Of a stretch of 62,808 nucleotides of DNA, positions 23,583 through 34,624 are shown piece after piece. This DNA is from Archaeoglobaceae archaeon. Its GTDB lineage: Archaea > Halobacteriota > Archaeoglobi > Archaeoglobales > Archaeoglobaceae. The DNA lies in contig JAWAQR010000004.1 of assembly GCA_038893835.1 (NCBI GenBank), forward strand, positions 1-62,808, written 5' to 3'. Each line of letters opens with the position of its first letter. Positions within the stretch are counted from its first letter, which is position 1. The notes under the pieces were generated by a model. The model worked only from the letters and a program-made list of their open reading frames with translations, was not told the origin of the DNA and searched no databases. Made by a program: the position numbers and the translations under genes.

Positions 23583-24203
23583 TTATCTTAACCTTAGAAG
23601 GTAATACTTCTCCTTTTTCCTTTTAGCAAAATCAAAGTTTATTATTTCAAAATCAGAAAAATCAACTTCTTCATCTCCTTTTACTACGAATAACACTTTT
23701 CCGTCATTTTTTAACTTTGGAAGAAATCTTCGTAACACCTTCATCGAGGAAGTAAAATCTAAGGTTAGATCATTTAAAATTATGTCCAAGGCTTCGATTT
23801 TTGAAATATCGAATTTAAAAGCATCTTCTATGAATACCTTTACATTCCCCCTTTCCTTTTCAATCTCTCTTAGCAAATCCTCGAATTCCCTGCTAAATTC
23901 GATGCCATATACGAATTTTGCTTTCTCGCTAGCATAAAGCAAAAAACCTCCTGCCGAACTACCGAGGTCTAATACTACTTCATCTCCCTTAAATATTCCG
24001 AATTTCTCATCCAGTTCTTTAAGCTTCCAATAACCAGCTGGCTTGTCATCTAAAACAATTATCTCAGCATCGTATTCCACTTCCATCGAGGGTTTCTTCA
24101 CCACTTTCCCATTCACAATTACAAGTCCATGCTCAATCGCTATCTTTGCACGATTTCTAGATTTGAAGAAACCCCTTTTAACCAATAATACATCCAGTCT
24201 CAT
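23583..24203 (-). CDS. S4-domain + FtsJ-like RNA methyltransferase (TlyA-like)
   Basis: [15 protein letters not shown]4 domain; [14 protein letters not shown] motif. Confidence 0.88.
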   Translation of the reverse strand: MRLDVLLVKRGFFKSRNRAKIAIEHGLVIVNGKVVKKPSMEVEYDAEIIVLDDKPAGYWKLKELDEKFGIFKGDEVVLDLGSSAGGFLLYASEKAKFVYGIEFSREFEDLLREIEKERGNVKVFIEDAFKFDISKIEALDIILNDLTLDFTSSMKVLRRFLPKLKNDGKVLFVVKGDEEVDFSDFEIINFDFAKRKKEKYYLLRLR

Positions 24204-25069
24204 CTTCTGATTTCCTTTGCCACTAACTCAGCCACCTCTTTCGGTGTTTTCCCCACTTTAGCCCCAACTTCTGTTAAAGCCCTTATCTTACTTTCCGCAT
24301 TCCCAATTCCTCCCTCAATTATCGCTCCTGCATGACCCATCCTTTTTCCAGGTGGCGCGGTTATTCCTGCTATGTATGCAACTACTGGCTTGCTAACGCT
24401 ATTCCTTATAAATTCCGCTGCTCTTTCCTCATCTCTTCCACCAATCTCTCCGATCAGAACTATTGCATCCGTTTCTTTATCTCTTTCAAACATCTCCAAG
24501 ACTTCAACAAAACTCAATCCCACAATTCTATCTCCCCCTATGCCCAAAACCGTAGATTGCCCAATTCCCAGCTTTGTCAAATTCTGGGCTATTTGATAGG
24601 TTAGAGTTCCACTTCTCGAGACTATTCCAACATTACCTTCCATGAAGATATGAGTGGGCATTATTCCGAGATGACATTTTCCTGGGGAAATTATTCCAGG
24701 GCAATTTGGACCTATTAAAATTGCCCCCTTTTCCTTAACCTTTAAATAAGCCTTTAATTCATCGTGCACAGGAATTCCTTCGGTTATGCAAACAACGACC
24801 TTTATACCTGCATCAACAGCTTCCATTATCGCATCAGCTGCAAAAGCTGCTGGGACAAATATGATGCTCGCATTTACACCCATCTTAACAGCTTCACTTA
24901 CAGTATCGAAAACAGGAACCCCCAAAATCTCACTTCCCCCCTTTCCAGGTGTGACGCCGCATATTATCTTTGTCCCATATTTCAACATTCTCTCCGCATG
25001 AAATCTGCCCTGAGTTCCAGTTATTCCCTGAACGACTGCTCTTGTATTTTCATCAACTATTATCGCCAT
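24200..25069 (-). CDS. sucD: Succinyl-CoA synthetase alpha subunit
   Basis: [30 protein letters not shown]. Confidence 0.96.
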   Translation of the reverse strand: MAIIVDENTRAVVQGITGTQGRFHAERMLKYGTKIICGVTPGKGGSEILGVPVFDTVSEAVKMGVNASIIFVPAAFAADAIMEAVDAGIKVVVCITEGIPVHDELKAYLKVKEKGAILIGPNCPGIISPGKCHLGIMPTHIFMEGNVGIVSRSGTLTYQIAQNLTKLGIGQSTVLGIGGDRIVGLSFVEVLEMFERDKETDAIVLIGEIGGRDEERAAEFIRNSVSKPVVAYIAGITAPPGKRMGHAGAIIEGGIGNAESKIRALTEVGAKVGKTPKEVAELVAKEIRR

Positions 25070-26193
25070 TTTACCACCTCCACAACTCTTTTAGCACCTT
25101 CTTCCATTGTTTCAACAATTTCCACATCTTTTAGATTTTCCAACACTATCTTTTTACCTTCTTCCTCGTTCGTTCCTGAAAGTCTTAGAATTACGGGGAC
25201 TTTTATGTTCAACTCATTAAAAGCCTTTACAAGTCCCCTAGCAACTTCGTCACACCTCGTTATACCTCCAAATATGTTTATGAAGATAGCCTTTACGCTC
25301 TCATCTTTTATCAGGATTTCTAACGCCTTTTTCATAACCTCAGCGCTTGCTCCGCCACCAATGTCTAGGAAGTTTGCAGGTTTTCCTCCTTCCAGATAAA
25401 TCAGATCCATAGTAGCCATCGCCATTCCAGCTCCATTTGCTATCACACCAATATTTCCGTCGAGTTTTACATAGTTCATCCCCTCTTTTTCTGCAATCCC
25501 CTCAAGACCTTCTGAATAAGTCCTAAAGCGTTCCAAATCTTTTTGACGGAATAACGCGTTGTCATCTATCGTTATCTTTGCATCCAGTGCAATCAAACCA
25601 TGTGAAGTAACTGCAAGCGGATTTATTTCAACAAGCTCGGCTTCCTTTTCAACAAAAATCCTATAAATTGCCTTTGCAATCGTCGTCAATTCCCTCCAAA
25701 ACTCCTGCGGAATCTTTGCACTGCTTAACATGTTCCTGATCTGGTAATCCCATAATCCCCAGCGAGGATCTATTTTTATCTTGAAAATTTTTTCAGGAAA
25801 CTTCAAGGCTATTTCTTCAATGTCAACTCCTCCAGAAGTGCTGAAGATCAATGAGTAAGACTTTTCAACTCTATCTAGGCTTACGCTGATATACCATTCC
25901 TGCTTTAAGTCTATTAATTCTTCAACGTAAATTTTCCTCACAATTTCCCCTTTCAAATTCATTTCAAACATCTTTTCAGCAACCTCAACAGCCTCCTCTA
26001 CTGTCTTCACAACCCTTATACCACCAGCCTTCCCTCTTCCCCCAACAAGGACCTGGGCTTTCAAAACAGCTTTACCTCCAAGATCTCGAACAACTCTTGC
26101 AACTTCTTCAACTTTTTCTACAACAGCTCCTCTAGGAACCCTTACTCCATAGTTTCTCAGAATTTCTTTCGCCTGAAACTCGTAAAGTTTCAT
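25060..26193 (-). CDS. sucC: Succinyl-CoA synthetase beta subunit
   Basis: [47 protein letters not shown]. Confidence 0.96.
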   Translation of the reverse strand: MKLYEFQAKEILRNYGVRVPRGAVVEKVEEVARVVRDLGGKAVLKAQVLVGGRGKAGGIRVVKTVEEAVEVAEKMFEMNLKGEIVRKIYVEELIDLKQEWYISVSLDRVEKSYSLIFSTSGGVDIEEIALKFPEKIFKIKIDPRWGLWDYQIRNMLSSAKIPQEFWRELTTIAKAIYRIFVEKEAELVEINPLAVTSHGLIALDAKITIDDNALFRQKDLERFRTYSEGLEGIAEKEGMNYVKLDGNIGVIANGAGMAMATMDLIYLEGGKPANFLDIGGGASAEVMKKALEILIKDESVKAIFINIFGGITRCDEVARGLVKAFNELNIKVPVILRLSGTNEEEGKKIVLENLKDVEIVETMEEGAKRVVEVVKWR

Positions 26194-26268
26194 ATCCAGA
26201 ATTGCAAAAATAAAAAGATTAACCTTATCATTTTCACCTGAACAAAATTTTTTATAATTAGAAGAATC

Positions 26269-26512
26269 GTAGCGATGCGCTGGATCGATGCAAGCGGGAA
26301 CTTTGATCAAATCGTAGTCACTGGCACTTCTGCAGGGGCCTTATAATCCATACTTCCAAGGCTACAGCTTCACCGATTTCCAGAAAAGGCTGTTGAATGC
26401 GATTGTATGCATAAAGGCCTCTCAGCATATCACACCGCTTTCGCAAGTGGCTATAACTAGCTATAACTATCCCTTAAGAGGTCGCTGGATTGACCGATTG
26501 CATATTTGTTGA
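26269..26512 (+). pseudogene. Possible decayed alpha/beta-hydrolase (pectinacetylesterase-like) fragment
   Basis: VAMRWIDASGNFDQIVVTGTSAGAL* (GxSAG nucleophile elbow), then a shifted frame YNPYFQGYSFTDFQKRLLNAIVCIK... Confidence 0.35.
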
Positions 26513-26559
26513 GGAGAGAGGCGGTAAAAATTCTAGATTTTAAAAAACCTATAATAAAC

Positions 26560-26633
26560 CGGGCCGGGAGGGATTTGAACCCCCGACTGCGGGATTAAGA
26601 GTCCCGCGCTCTACCTGGCTAAGCTACCGGCCC
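26560..26633 (-). tRNA. tRNA-Lys(CTT)
   Basis: Reverse complement GGGCCGGTAGCTTAGCCAGGTAGAGCGCGGGACT-CTT-AATCCCGCAGTCGGGGGTTCAAATCCCTCCCGGCCCG folds as a cloverleaf; no intron, no CCA. Confidence 0.97.
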
Positions 26634-28070
26634 TAAAAAACTTTCACCCATCGGTTTATAAGATTTGTCCAAAAATTCTAGAAGTTTGAGGTATTCCATT
26701 TCGAGTCTAGATTTTTTATAACCATGATCAATAAAATCCCATGGTAAAGTTTTTTCAATTTCAAAAGCTTTTAAGAATTGCATGAAGTTTTTATAGTTCT
26801 TCCCAAGGATCATCTCAGAAACACTCTCATCTCCTCTTGCAAGAATTGTCTGAATTACAAATTCCTTTAAATTTGGTCTGGAAAACTCTATTCCATGTTT
26901 TCTGCACTCCATTTCAAGGATCGATATCTTTCTGCTCAATTCCCTCAAATCGGCAAAGGGAAACCATTGAAGAGGTGTGTGTGGCTTTGGAACCAATGGA
27001 TTTACAGAGATCTCTACTCTCCGTATGAATTTTTTGAAAAATGCAGCATTTTCAACTATCATTCTGACATCCTCCTCCTTTTCTCCCGGGATTCCAATCA
27101 TATAGTAAAGCTTCAGTTTCTCAAAGACATTTGCAGATATCTCAACAGCATTTTTAACATCTTCAAAGCTTATTTCCTTTTTAAGAAACTCAGACAAATT
27201 TTTAGATGCCGTCTCTGGAGCTAATGTCAGTGTTCTAACTTTTCCTCTCCTTAGAATTTCAACCAGCTCTTCATCAACAGCATCCGCTCTGATGGAAGAT
27301 GGAGAGATTTCAAATCCCCTTTCAACAAAATACTGAAGTATTTCCCTGAACCTTGGATGATCCGTTGGAGATGGAGCTATTATCGCCACCTTTTTAACCT
27401 CTTTAATCTCTGGGAGATCTTCAATTTTCCTCCATCTTGGAGGAGAGTATATTTGGCGAACTAAACAAAAAGTGCATTTTCTCACACATCCGCGACCTAT
27501 TTCGAGTAAAAAGCATCTACCATAAGCTCCATCACCTATTATCTCATCCTCAATATGCTTGCCTAATTTTGAGAAAACTCTCCGAACTTTTTCCTCAACA
27601 CCTGTGAAAATACCTTCAATGCCCCTTAGCTCTTTAACGTCTTTTGCCATCACTATTTCTTCTATACAATCTTCAGCCTCACCTATGAAAACCGCATCAA
27701 AAAACTTCATTATTGGTCTCGGATTTTCCATAACACATGGACCACCAGCAATTTTCATACCGCTGAAATTGCTCTTCCTTATTATTTCCACAGCTTTGAA
27801 ATAATCGTTTTCATATTGTAAACTGAAAAGAGCCAAATCGAATTCAGAAAGCTTGGTACCACTTTCTATACTCCTCAATCCTCCAAAAACATCTAAATAG
27901 AACCTTTCACAGTGAGCAAATTCGTTTATCTTCGCATAAAGTAACTGTAGCCCAACATTGGCTATTCCTCCAACATATCTGTTTGGATAAACCAGTGCAA
28001 CTTTCTTTTCTCCTTTTCTGAACTTTTTCTGAAATGGATTGAATTCCACAAGGCTAATAAGTGAAGGCAA
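26619..28070 (-). CDS. Radical SAM protein (B12-binding-like N-terminal domain); alternative GTG start at 28049
   Basis: VALVYPN.Y, AGGP, EIGRGCVRKCTFC (CxxxCxxC), TLAPE, YYMIGIPGE, VPKPHTP. Confidence 0.9.
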   Translation of the reverse strand: MPSLISLVEFNPFQKKFRKGEKKVALVYPNRYVGGIANVGLQLLYAKINEFAHCERFYLDVFGGLRSIESGTKLSEFDLALFSLQYENDYFKAVEIIRKSNFSGMKIAGGPCVMENPRPIMKFFDAVFIGEAEDCIEEIVMAKDVKELRGIEGIFTGVEEKVRRVFSKLGKHIEDEIIGDGAYGRCFLLEIGRGCVRKCTFCLVRQIYSPPRWRKIEDLPEIKEVKKVAIIAPSPTDHPRFREILQYFVERGFEISPSSIRADAVDEELVEILRRGKVRTLTLAPETASKNLSEFLKKEISFEDVKNAVEISANVFEKLKLYYMIGIPGEKEEDVRMIVENAAFFKKFIRRVEISVNPLVPKPHTPLQWFPFADLRELSRKISILEMECRKHGIEFSRPNLKEFVIQTILARGDESVSEMILGKNYKNFMQFLKAFEIEKTLPWDFIDHGYKKSRLEMEYLKLLEFLDKSYKPMGESFLGPVA

Positions 28071-28081
28071 ATATAACTTTC

Positions 28082-28282
28082 ATGGAAATGCTCTGCCCCT
28101 CATGCGGTTCAAAAATGGAAGTTCTCATAAAAAGGATTGAGAAGTTTCGGAGGAGATATTCCGAGTTCGACATGAACGTTTTAATCCTGAGATGTCCTAA
28201 TTGCAAAAAAATCGGCATTTTCAGGCAAGTTCCAGAGCTAAACATGGAGAACTTCGAATATCCTTATGAAGGTCTTGTTTGA
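28082..28282 (+). CDS. Small Zn-ribbon (CPxCG) protein
   Basis: CPSCG and CPNCK; overlaps the downstream ORF; ATG 28082 preferred over GTG 28061. Confidence 0.7.
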   Translation: MEMLCPSCGSKMEVLIKRIEKFRRRYSEFDMNVLILRCPNCKKIGIFRQVPELNMENFEYPYEGLV

Positions 28283-29081
28283 TGAGAACTTAGCTGACGA
28301 TTACGTTATCTGCTGGGGAATAACAGTTAGATTGCCGAAATATGCACTCTTTGGAAACACAAGGGAAGAGAGGAGAAGAAATTGGGAGAGAAAATTGCTT
28401 GAAATCCTCAAAGACTTACCTATAAGCTTTGAAAGAGCTTCTGTAAGACTCGCATCTGCGTGGGTTAGATATTACGTTTTCGAGCTCAAGCTAGATAATC
28501 GCAAATTTGCGCTCAATGTATTATCCCCCAATTCAATTTTAAGCAGTTTTAAGGACATAGATTTCCCCGATATTGGCATTGCAAAGCCTTTGCTAATTTC
28601 TGAAGACTACATGCTTCAAGAATGGGTAGAAGGAATACCGCTGTCCGAATTTAGGGACGGTTTTATTATGAAGAACGACGAAAGGGTTAGGGATTGCATA
28701 AAGCTAACCGCAAACCTTCTATACCGCTTATCAAAGCAGGGATACGTTTATAAACCTTGGGAAGATTATGAGGCTGTTTTGAGGGGAAAAGAAATCGTCC
28801 TTCTAGATCCAACGAGATTTTCCAGAGAAAATCCAGAAAATTTTTTTGAATTCTACTATGGAGCTCCATTTTCTTCGCCAGACATTCTCAAAAACGATGA
28901 AAGAAATAGGATTTTATGGCGTGGGATAAGTGAGAGGGACTATTTTGGGACTAGCAGGGAGGAATATGAGGACCTATTCCTGCAAGGTATTGCAATGGCT
29001 AGCGATGACTTTGAGGAGTTTCTTCGAGTGAGTTGCATCGATGAAGAGAGGGCTAGGATGATCTGGAGAAAAAGATATTAG
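28266..29081 (+). CDS. Hypothetical protein with atypical protein-kinase-like fold
   Basis: 271-aa ORF; FALNV, YMLQEWVEGIPL (hinge-like), IVLLDPTRF (DFG position). Confidence 0.6.
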   Translation: MKVLFDENLADDYVICWGITVRLPKYALFGNTREERRRNWERKLLEILKDLPISFERASVRLASAWVRYYVFELKLDNRKFALNVLSPNSILSSFKDIDFPDIGIAKPLLISEDYMLQEWVEGIPLSEFRDGFIMKNDERVRDCIKLTANLLYRLSKQGYVYKPWEDYEAVLRGKEIVLLDPTRFSRENPENFFEFYYGAPFSSPDILKNDERNRILWRGISERDYFGTSREEYEDLFLQGIAMASDDFEEFLRVSCIDEERARMIWRKRY

Positions 29082-29101
29082 GGATTTTGAAAATTGTTTT
29101 T

Positions 29102-30022
29102 ATGAACATCATCGAAGTTGCAGAAAACCTTTACCTCATCGATTTACCTCAAGATTTAGAGGGTTTCAGGAAGTTTATCAGCTGCTGGGTTGTTAAGGAT
29201 GAAGATAGGGCAATAGTGATAGACGTTGGACCCAGATCGACAATTCCGAAGCTAATAGAGGCGCTAAATTTCTTAAAAATTAAAAGAGTTGAGTTCGTCT
29301 TACTAACCCATATCCACCTCGACCACGCTGGAGGTGTGGCTGAATTCCTAAACAATTACCCAGGAGCGAGAGTTGTTGTTCATGAATTTGGTAAAAAACA
29401 TCTTTTAAATCCGGAAAAACTATGGAAAGCATCTCTCGAGACTCTTGGTAAAATTGCAGAAATTTACGGTAAACCAAACAAAGTTGAGGAGAATAGAATA
29501 TATGAGGGTGAGATCGAATTTGCGGGAAAGAAAGTAGAGATCATAAAGACCCCAGGACATGCTTCGCATCATCAGAGTTATGTTTATGGTGAATTTTTAT
29601 TCGTCGGCGAGGCATTTGGTGTACACTTTCCATTAAAGAACGATTATTACCTCCGTCCTGCAACTCCTCCGAAGTTTGATTACGAAACTGCAGTTAACTC
29701 AATCGAAAAACTGATGTCGCTGGGAAGTAAAAAAGTCTGCTTTGGCCATTTCGGATTCATGAGAAATAGCCTAGAAATAGCTGACAGAGCTCTGAAACAG
29801 CTGAAGTTATGGGTTTCGACGATATACGAAATACTGTGTAGAAAGGAGATAAGGAATGAAGGAGAAGTGATTAGAATTGCAAAAGAAGATTTGCTAAAGA
29901 AGGATTCGAAGTTCTCGAATTACGAGCTGCTCGATGAGGATATAAAGAAGAGAGAGGACTTCTTCATCAACAATACAATAAAGGGAATTCAGCAATATGT
30001 CGCTGAAACATATTGTTTCTGA
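29102..30022 (+). CDS. MBL-fold metallo-hydrolase
   Basis: THIHLDHAGG, TPGHASHH, FGHFG. Confidence 0.92.
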   Translation: MNIIEVAENLYLIDLPQDLEGFRKFISCWVVKDEDRAIVIDVGPRSTIPKLIEALNFLKIKRVEFVLLTHIHLDHAGGVAEFLNNYPGARVVVHEFGKKHLLNPEKLWKASLETLGKIAEIYGKPNKVEENRIYEGEIEFAGKKVEIIKTPGHASHHQSYVYGEFLFVGEAFGVHFPLKNDYYLRPATPPKFDYETAVNSIEKLMSLGSKKVCFGHFGFMRNSLEIADRALKQLKLWVSTIYEILCRKEIRNEGEVIRIAKEDLLKKDSKFSNYELLDEDIKKREDFFINNTIKGIQQYVAETYCF

Positions 30023-30031
30023 GGTGTAACT

Positions 30032-30859
30032 TTGGAAGCACGAGAGTGGGCATATTTTTTACTGGAGATAAGGAGAAGTCTTTTAAAGCTATTTGCAATC
30101 ATAACAATAGTTAGTTTTTCTTTCTTCCCTTTCTCCTCAATCCTGATATCTTTCATAGTTGAGGAAATGTTTCCGTACAAAAAGTTGAGCCATGAAGAAG
30201 TTGAGGAAATCTCTGAAGTGCTCAGAGAAGTTGCTGAAAAAATAGCGGCAAATAAGGATAACACGACTTTTGTAGCTGAAGAATTAAAAGCCCTCTCTAG
30301 GACCCTAGTTTCCTTCATGGGACCAGTCGTTTTAACCCCAATCGAAGCTTTGGTTCTTAGTCTAAAGATGTCCATAACCATTGGCATTGCAGCATCGATT
30401 CCCTATTTACTCCTCATTCTTTCGAGGACGTTAAAAACCAGAGGTTGGCTGAAAGTTTCTGTGAAATATTATGCAATAGCTTCAACCTTTTTGTTTGCAA
30501 TCGGATGCCTTTATGGCTTTTTTATCGTCCGCTTAATAGTGGCATTTCTGCACAGCTTAACAGTTGCTTATGGAGTTACTCCTCTCTACTCACTATCAGA
30601 CTTTGTCACTTTCGTCTTATTTTTAATCGCCCTTTTTGGCTTTTTCTTTGAGATTCCAATCATAATGATATTTCTCGTTAGGAACAGAGTTGTCAGTTAC
30701 GAAACTCTTAAGTATTACCGAAGACATTCATACGTCCTCTTTTTCATAATCGCAGCAATAGCGACGCCGACAGTTGACATCTTCACCCAAACGATGCTAG
30801 CCTTGCCTATGATAGTTCTTTTCGAATTAGGGTTGGTTTTGGCAAAGTTGTTCTCTTGA
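30032..30859 (+). CDS. tatC: Twin-arginine translocase subunit TatC
   Basis: TPIEAL..LK, GFFFEIP, YRRH, AAIATPTVDIFTQ.MLALPM..LFE. Confidence 0.88.
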   Translation: MEAREWAYFLLEIRRSLLKLFAIITIVSFSFFPFSSILISFIVEEMFPYKKLSHEEVEEISEVLREVAEKIAANKDNTTFVAEELKALSRTLVSFMGPVVLTPIEALVLSLKMSITIGIAASIPYLLLILSRTLKTRGWLKVSVKYYAIASTFLFAIGCLYGFFIVRLIVAFLHSLTVAYGVTPLYSLSDFVTFVLFLIALFGFFFEIPIIMIFLVRNRVVSYETLKYYRRHSYVLFFIIAAIATPTVDIFTQTMLALPMIVLFELGLVLAKLFS

Positions 30860-30992
30860 ATTGCTAATCGACGACAAAATCATCATTTTGCGTTGCCATG
30901 CGATTTTTCGAAATCTTACGGATTTCTCGATGAAGATTTCAAGAAAATGCTGAAAGAAAAAGGATAAATAAGATGAAGTAGAGTTAAGCCAG

Positions 30993-31373
30993 ATGATCTC
31001 CATAGAGATAAAGACGAGAAATAGAAACGAGATTGTGGACATAACGGAGAAAGTTGAAGAATTTTTGAAAGGAAGTGGAATTGCACTAATCTTCACACCC
31101 CACACAACTGCATCGGTCATTCTGAATGAAGCAGAGAGTAGATTGCTTTCAGATATAATAAATGTGCTCGAAAAATTGGTTCCAAAGAACTTGGATTACA
31201 AGCACAACGAGATCGACGACAATGCCGATGCACACATCAAAGCCTCATTGCTCGGAAATTCTGTGATAGTTCCGTTTGAAAATGGTAAACTCCAGCTTGG
31301 AACCTGGCAAAGGATTCTTTTCGTAGAGTTTGATGGACCAAGAAATAGGAGGGTTTATGTGAAGGTGCTATGA
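30993..31373 (+). CDS. YjbQ/UPF0047 family protein
   Basis: HTTAS..NE, DNADAHIK, LGTWQRI.FVEFDGPR. Confidence 0.93.
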   Translation: MISIEIKTRNRNEIVDITEKVEEFLKGSGIALIFTPHTTASVILNEAESRLLSDIINVLEKLVPKNLDYKHNEIDDNADAHIKASLLGNSVIVPFENGKLQLGTWQRILFVEFDGPRNRRVYVKVL

Positions 31374-31978
31374 GAGACAAAAGAGATTACTACTATTGGG
31401 AAGCGAAAAAGAAAGGATATCGCAGTAGAGCTGCTTTTAAATTGCTTCAAATGAACAAAGAGTTCAAGCTAATTCGTAAAGGCGACATAGTGCTTGATCT
31501 TGGGGCCGCACCTGGAGGGTGGAGTCAGGTAGCTGTAGAGCTTGGAGCTTTTGTCGTTGCAGTTGATATAAACCCGATGGAAAAGCTTGAAGGAGTGACA
31601 TTCATTCAGGCAGATATAATGGATGAAAATCTCGTGAAAAAGCTACTGGAAATCAGCGATTATTACGATGTTGTTATGAGCGATGCCTCGCCTAAGATAA
31701 CTGGAATATGGACAATAGATCATCTAAGATCAATTGATCTGGCAAGGGCAAGTTTTAGAATTGCAAAAGAAGTTCTTCGCCCAAATGGAAATTTTCTCGT
31801 TAAGATATTTCAGGGTGAAGAGATTCAGAATTTCTACAACGAACTAAAACCATGCTTTGCCTTTAAAAAGTTTCATAGCCCAAAAGCTTCGAGAAAGAGC
31901 AGTGCAGAGATTTACTTCATAGGAAAAGGTTTTAAAAAATTTGATCACTCCAAAATTGCTCCCAAGTCTGAAGACTGA
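31370..31978 (+). CDS. rlmE: 23S rRNA (uridine-2'-O)-methyltransferase RlmE/FtsJ
   Basis: [40 protein letters not shown]. Confidence 0.95.
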   Translation: MRDKRDYYYWEAKKKGYRSRAAFKLLQMNKEFKLIRKGDIVLDLGAAPGGWSQVAVELGAFVVAVDINPMEKLEGVTFIQADIMDENLVKKLLEISDYYDVVMSDASPKITGIWTIDHLRSIDLARASFRIAKEVLRPNGNFLVKIFQGEEIQNFYNELKPCFAFKKFHSPKASRKSSAEIYFIGKGFKKFDHSKIAPKSED

Positions 31979-33585
31979 ACCAATTTCACGTATCTCGCCA
32001 AATAACCTCTGAGCTCTTTCTTCTTTGGCTTCCATTTTTCCCTTCTCTCCAAAATTTCATCTTCATCTAATTCAACTTCTATCTTTCTGTTAGGAATGTC
32101 TATCTTTATAACATCACCGTTTTCAACCAAGGCAATTGTTCCCCCTTCCATCGCCTCTGGAGAAACATGTCCTATACAAGGACCACGTGTTGCACCGCTG
32201 AAACGGCCGTCTGTTATTAAAGCAACCTTCTGCAATCCCATTCCAGCAATTGCAGCTGTTGGCAAAAGCATCTCTGGCATTCCTGGAGCACCTTTTGGAC
32301 CCATATAGCGAATTACGACGACATCCCCTTCCTCAACCTCTCCGTTAAGGATGGCTTTCAAGGCAATTTCTTCGCTATCGTAAACCTTTGCAAATCCTTC
32401 AAATTTCAACATATCCTCTCTTATGGCAGATACCTTAACAACTGCACCCTTTTCTGCGAGGTTTCCCCTTAAAATAGCTATACCCCCCTCATTCCTGTAA
32501 GGTTTTTCAGCCATTATAATATCCCTTCCCCTTAAAATCGCATTTTCAGCGATTTCGAAAAGCCTTTTACCACTCACTGTCATCTCGTTGTGGAAGTATT
32601 TCTTCGCCTTCTTAATTATCATCGGCACACCACCGCTTTCATCTAAGTCCACCACAGTATCTTTGCTCGCTGGGTCGAGAGAGACTATGTGTGGAGTTCT
32701 TCTACTTATTTCATCGAATTTTTCAAGTTTTAGCTTTATTCCAGCTTCATTTGCAATTGCTGGTAAATGCAAAACAGTGTTTGTCGAGCCCCCGATCAAC
32801 ATGTCCATCGTTATCGCATTTTCAAAGGATCTCTCGTTTATAAAATCTAGAGGTTTTAAGTTCTCCTTAACAAGTTCCACAATCCTGATTCCACTCATCT
32901 TCGCAATTCTAAGCTTTCTAGACGATGCACATGGTGAAGTTGAGCAGTAAGGTAAGCTAAGGCCAAGAGTTTCGGTTAAGATCTGCATCGTATTCGCAGT
33001 GTAAAGCCCCTGACAGCTCCCGCAATATGGTGCGCAAAAATCCTCATAGAGCTTTAATTCAAAATCGTTTAATTTTCCAGCCTTATACATACCAGCAGCC
33101 TCAAAGGCATCCTTTATCGAAACTTTCTCTCCCTTCACTTTTTCAGAAAGCATTGGACCTCCTGTAACTGCAATTGCTGGAATGTTAAGCCTTAAAATTG
33201 CCATCAGCATTCCTGGAACTATCTTATCACAGCTAGCAACAACGACCAATCCATCGAACGCATGCGCTTCAACCATCGTTTCTATGCAATCAGCTATGAG
33301 TTCTCTTGAAGGTAAGGAAAAGCACATACCACGATGACCCATTGCAATTCCATCACAAATTCCCGGAATTCCGAATTCGAATGGGACCCCTCCAGCGGAA
33401 TAAATTCCCTCCTTCACAACTTGGGTTATCTTGTCAAGATTCATGTGACCTGGAACAATTGTGTTGTAGGAGTTTGCAATTCCGATGAATGGTTTCCCCA
33501 TTTCCTCATCCAAAACACCAAGCGCCTTTAGCAAAGCTCTGTGGGCAGTTCTATCTACTCCATGCTTAACAACGTCGCTCCTCAT
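31945..33585 (-). CDS. ilvD: Dihydroxy-acid dehydratase
   Basis: [45 protein letters not shown]. Confidence 0.97.
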   Translation of the reverse strand: MRSDVVKHGVDRTAHRALLKALGVLDEEMGKPFIGIANSYNTIVPGHMNLDKITQVVKEGIYSAGGVPFEFGIPGICDGIAMGHRGMCFSLPSRELIADCIETMVEAHAFDGLVVVASCDKIVPGMLMAILRLNIPAIAVTGGPMLSEKVKGEKVSIKDAFEAAGMYKAGKLNDFELKLYEDFCAPYCGSCQGLYTANTMQILTETLGLSLPYCSTSPCASSRKLRIAKMSGIRIVELVKENLKPLDFINERSFENAITMDMLIGGSTNTVLHLPAIANEAGIKLKLEKFDEISRRTPHIVSLDPASKDTVVDLDESGGVPMIIKKAKKYFHNEMTVSGKRLFEIAENAILRGRDIIMAEKPYRNEGGIAILRGNLAEKGAVVKVSAIREDMLKFEGFAKVYDSEEIALKAILNGEVEEGDVVVIRYMGPKGAPGMPEMLLPTAAIAGMGLQKVALITDGRFSGATRGPCIGHVSPEAMEGGTIALVENGDVIKIDIPNRKIEVELDEDEILERREKWKPKKKELRGYLARYVKLVQSSDLGAILE

Positions 33586-33634
33586 ACTGTGAGTTTTTGT
33601 AAAAGCTTATAAATGTTTCACAACAAACGTTTTT

Positions 33635-34024
33635 ATGAACGTCGAAGAAGTCATGAATAGGAGAGTTGAATTTGTGGATGCTGACGCAACTGTTTTAGAG
33701 GTAATTGAAAGGATTGTGAATAGAAGGATAAGGAGCGTTGTGGTTAAGCCAAAAGATGAAAGAGATACCTATGGCGTCGTAACTGTTAGAGATGTCGTAT
33801 TTAAATGCCTTTCAAAGAATTTGGATCCACAAAAAGTTAAGGCTCATGAAATAGCCTCAAAACCATTGATAACTGTTGAGAAAAACTTACAAATCGAACA
33901 CGTGTTGAAATTGATGGAGAAATTCAACATAGCGAGGGTATTTGTTAAAGAGGGAGACAAAATAATAGGTATCATCTCTCTGATGGACATAATGTCTGCC
34001 TACTTAGTAAAGAGATTGATATGA
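33635..34024 (+). CDS. CBS-domain pair protein
   Basis: Two CBS repeats (YGVVTVRDV, IGIISLMDI). Confidence 0.88.
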   Translation: MNVEEVMNRRVEFVDADATVLEVIERIVNRRIRSVVVKPKDERDTYGVVTVRDVVFKCLSKNLDPQKVKAHEIASKPLITVEKNLQIEHVLKLMEKFNIARVFVKEGDKIIGIISLMDIMSAYLVKRLI

Positions 34025-34623
34025 AGGCCGAGGAAAAAATTATAAGTGGAATATCACAAATGTTATCATTAGCATTCTCAGCCTGCGAAGTTTTGAAGAA
34101 AGTTGTTGAAGAAAGAAACAAAGCTCTATTGGAGGAAGTTCTCAAATTGGAAAGAGATTCAGATGAGATTAGGAGAAGAATAACTCAGGAAATTTATCGT
34201 GGAGCCTTTCTACCTTATCTACGTCCAAACATATTTAGACTTGTTGAAACCATCGATGAAATTTTAAACACGGCAGAAGAGTGTGCAATGAACTTTCAAA
34301 AGATAGAAGATATGAGATTTCTCGAGTTTGAAGAAATTGGATTGATCATGGAATTAAATGTTAGAATTTGCAGCATTTTATCGAAGAATTTTATGAATTT
34401 CTTAAAAGATCCGGAAAAACTCAGAGAAGGTATCGTGGTTGTGAGAATGATGGAAAAGGAGGCAGATAACATAAAGTTTGCAATTTTTGAAAAATTAAAG
34501 GAGCTAAATGTTGATTTTTGGAACGGATATTTCATCACAAGCTTCATAAATTCTCTAGAAGAGATAAGCGATATAGCTGAAGACGCCATGGACATGCTCC
34601 AGATAATTGTTCTAAGCCTTTGA
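34021..34623 (+). CDS. DUF47/PhoU-like phosphate transport regulator
   Basis: LERDSDEIRR..GAFLP, EKEAD, ISDIAED; adjacent to a PiT transporter. Confidence 0.88.
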   Translation: MKAEEKIISGISQMLSLAFSACEVLKKVVEERNKALLEEVLKLERDSDEIRRRITQEIYRGAFLPYLRPNIFRLVETIDEILNTAEECAMNFQKIEDMRFLEFEEIGLIMELNVRICSILSKNFMNFLKDPEKLREGIVVVRMMEKEADNIKFAIFEKLKELNVDFWNGYFITSFINSLEEISDIAEDAMDMLQIIVLSL

Positions 34624-34624
34624 T

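Noticed and set aside
30860-30992. Possible C/D sRNA (CGATGA...CTGA) or gene remnant after tatC
   Set aside because: The boxes are too close for a two-guide sRNA, and the short frame has no recognisable motif.
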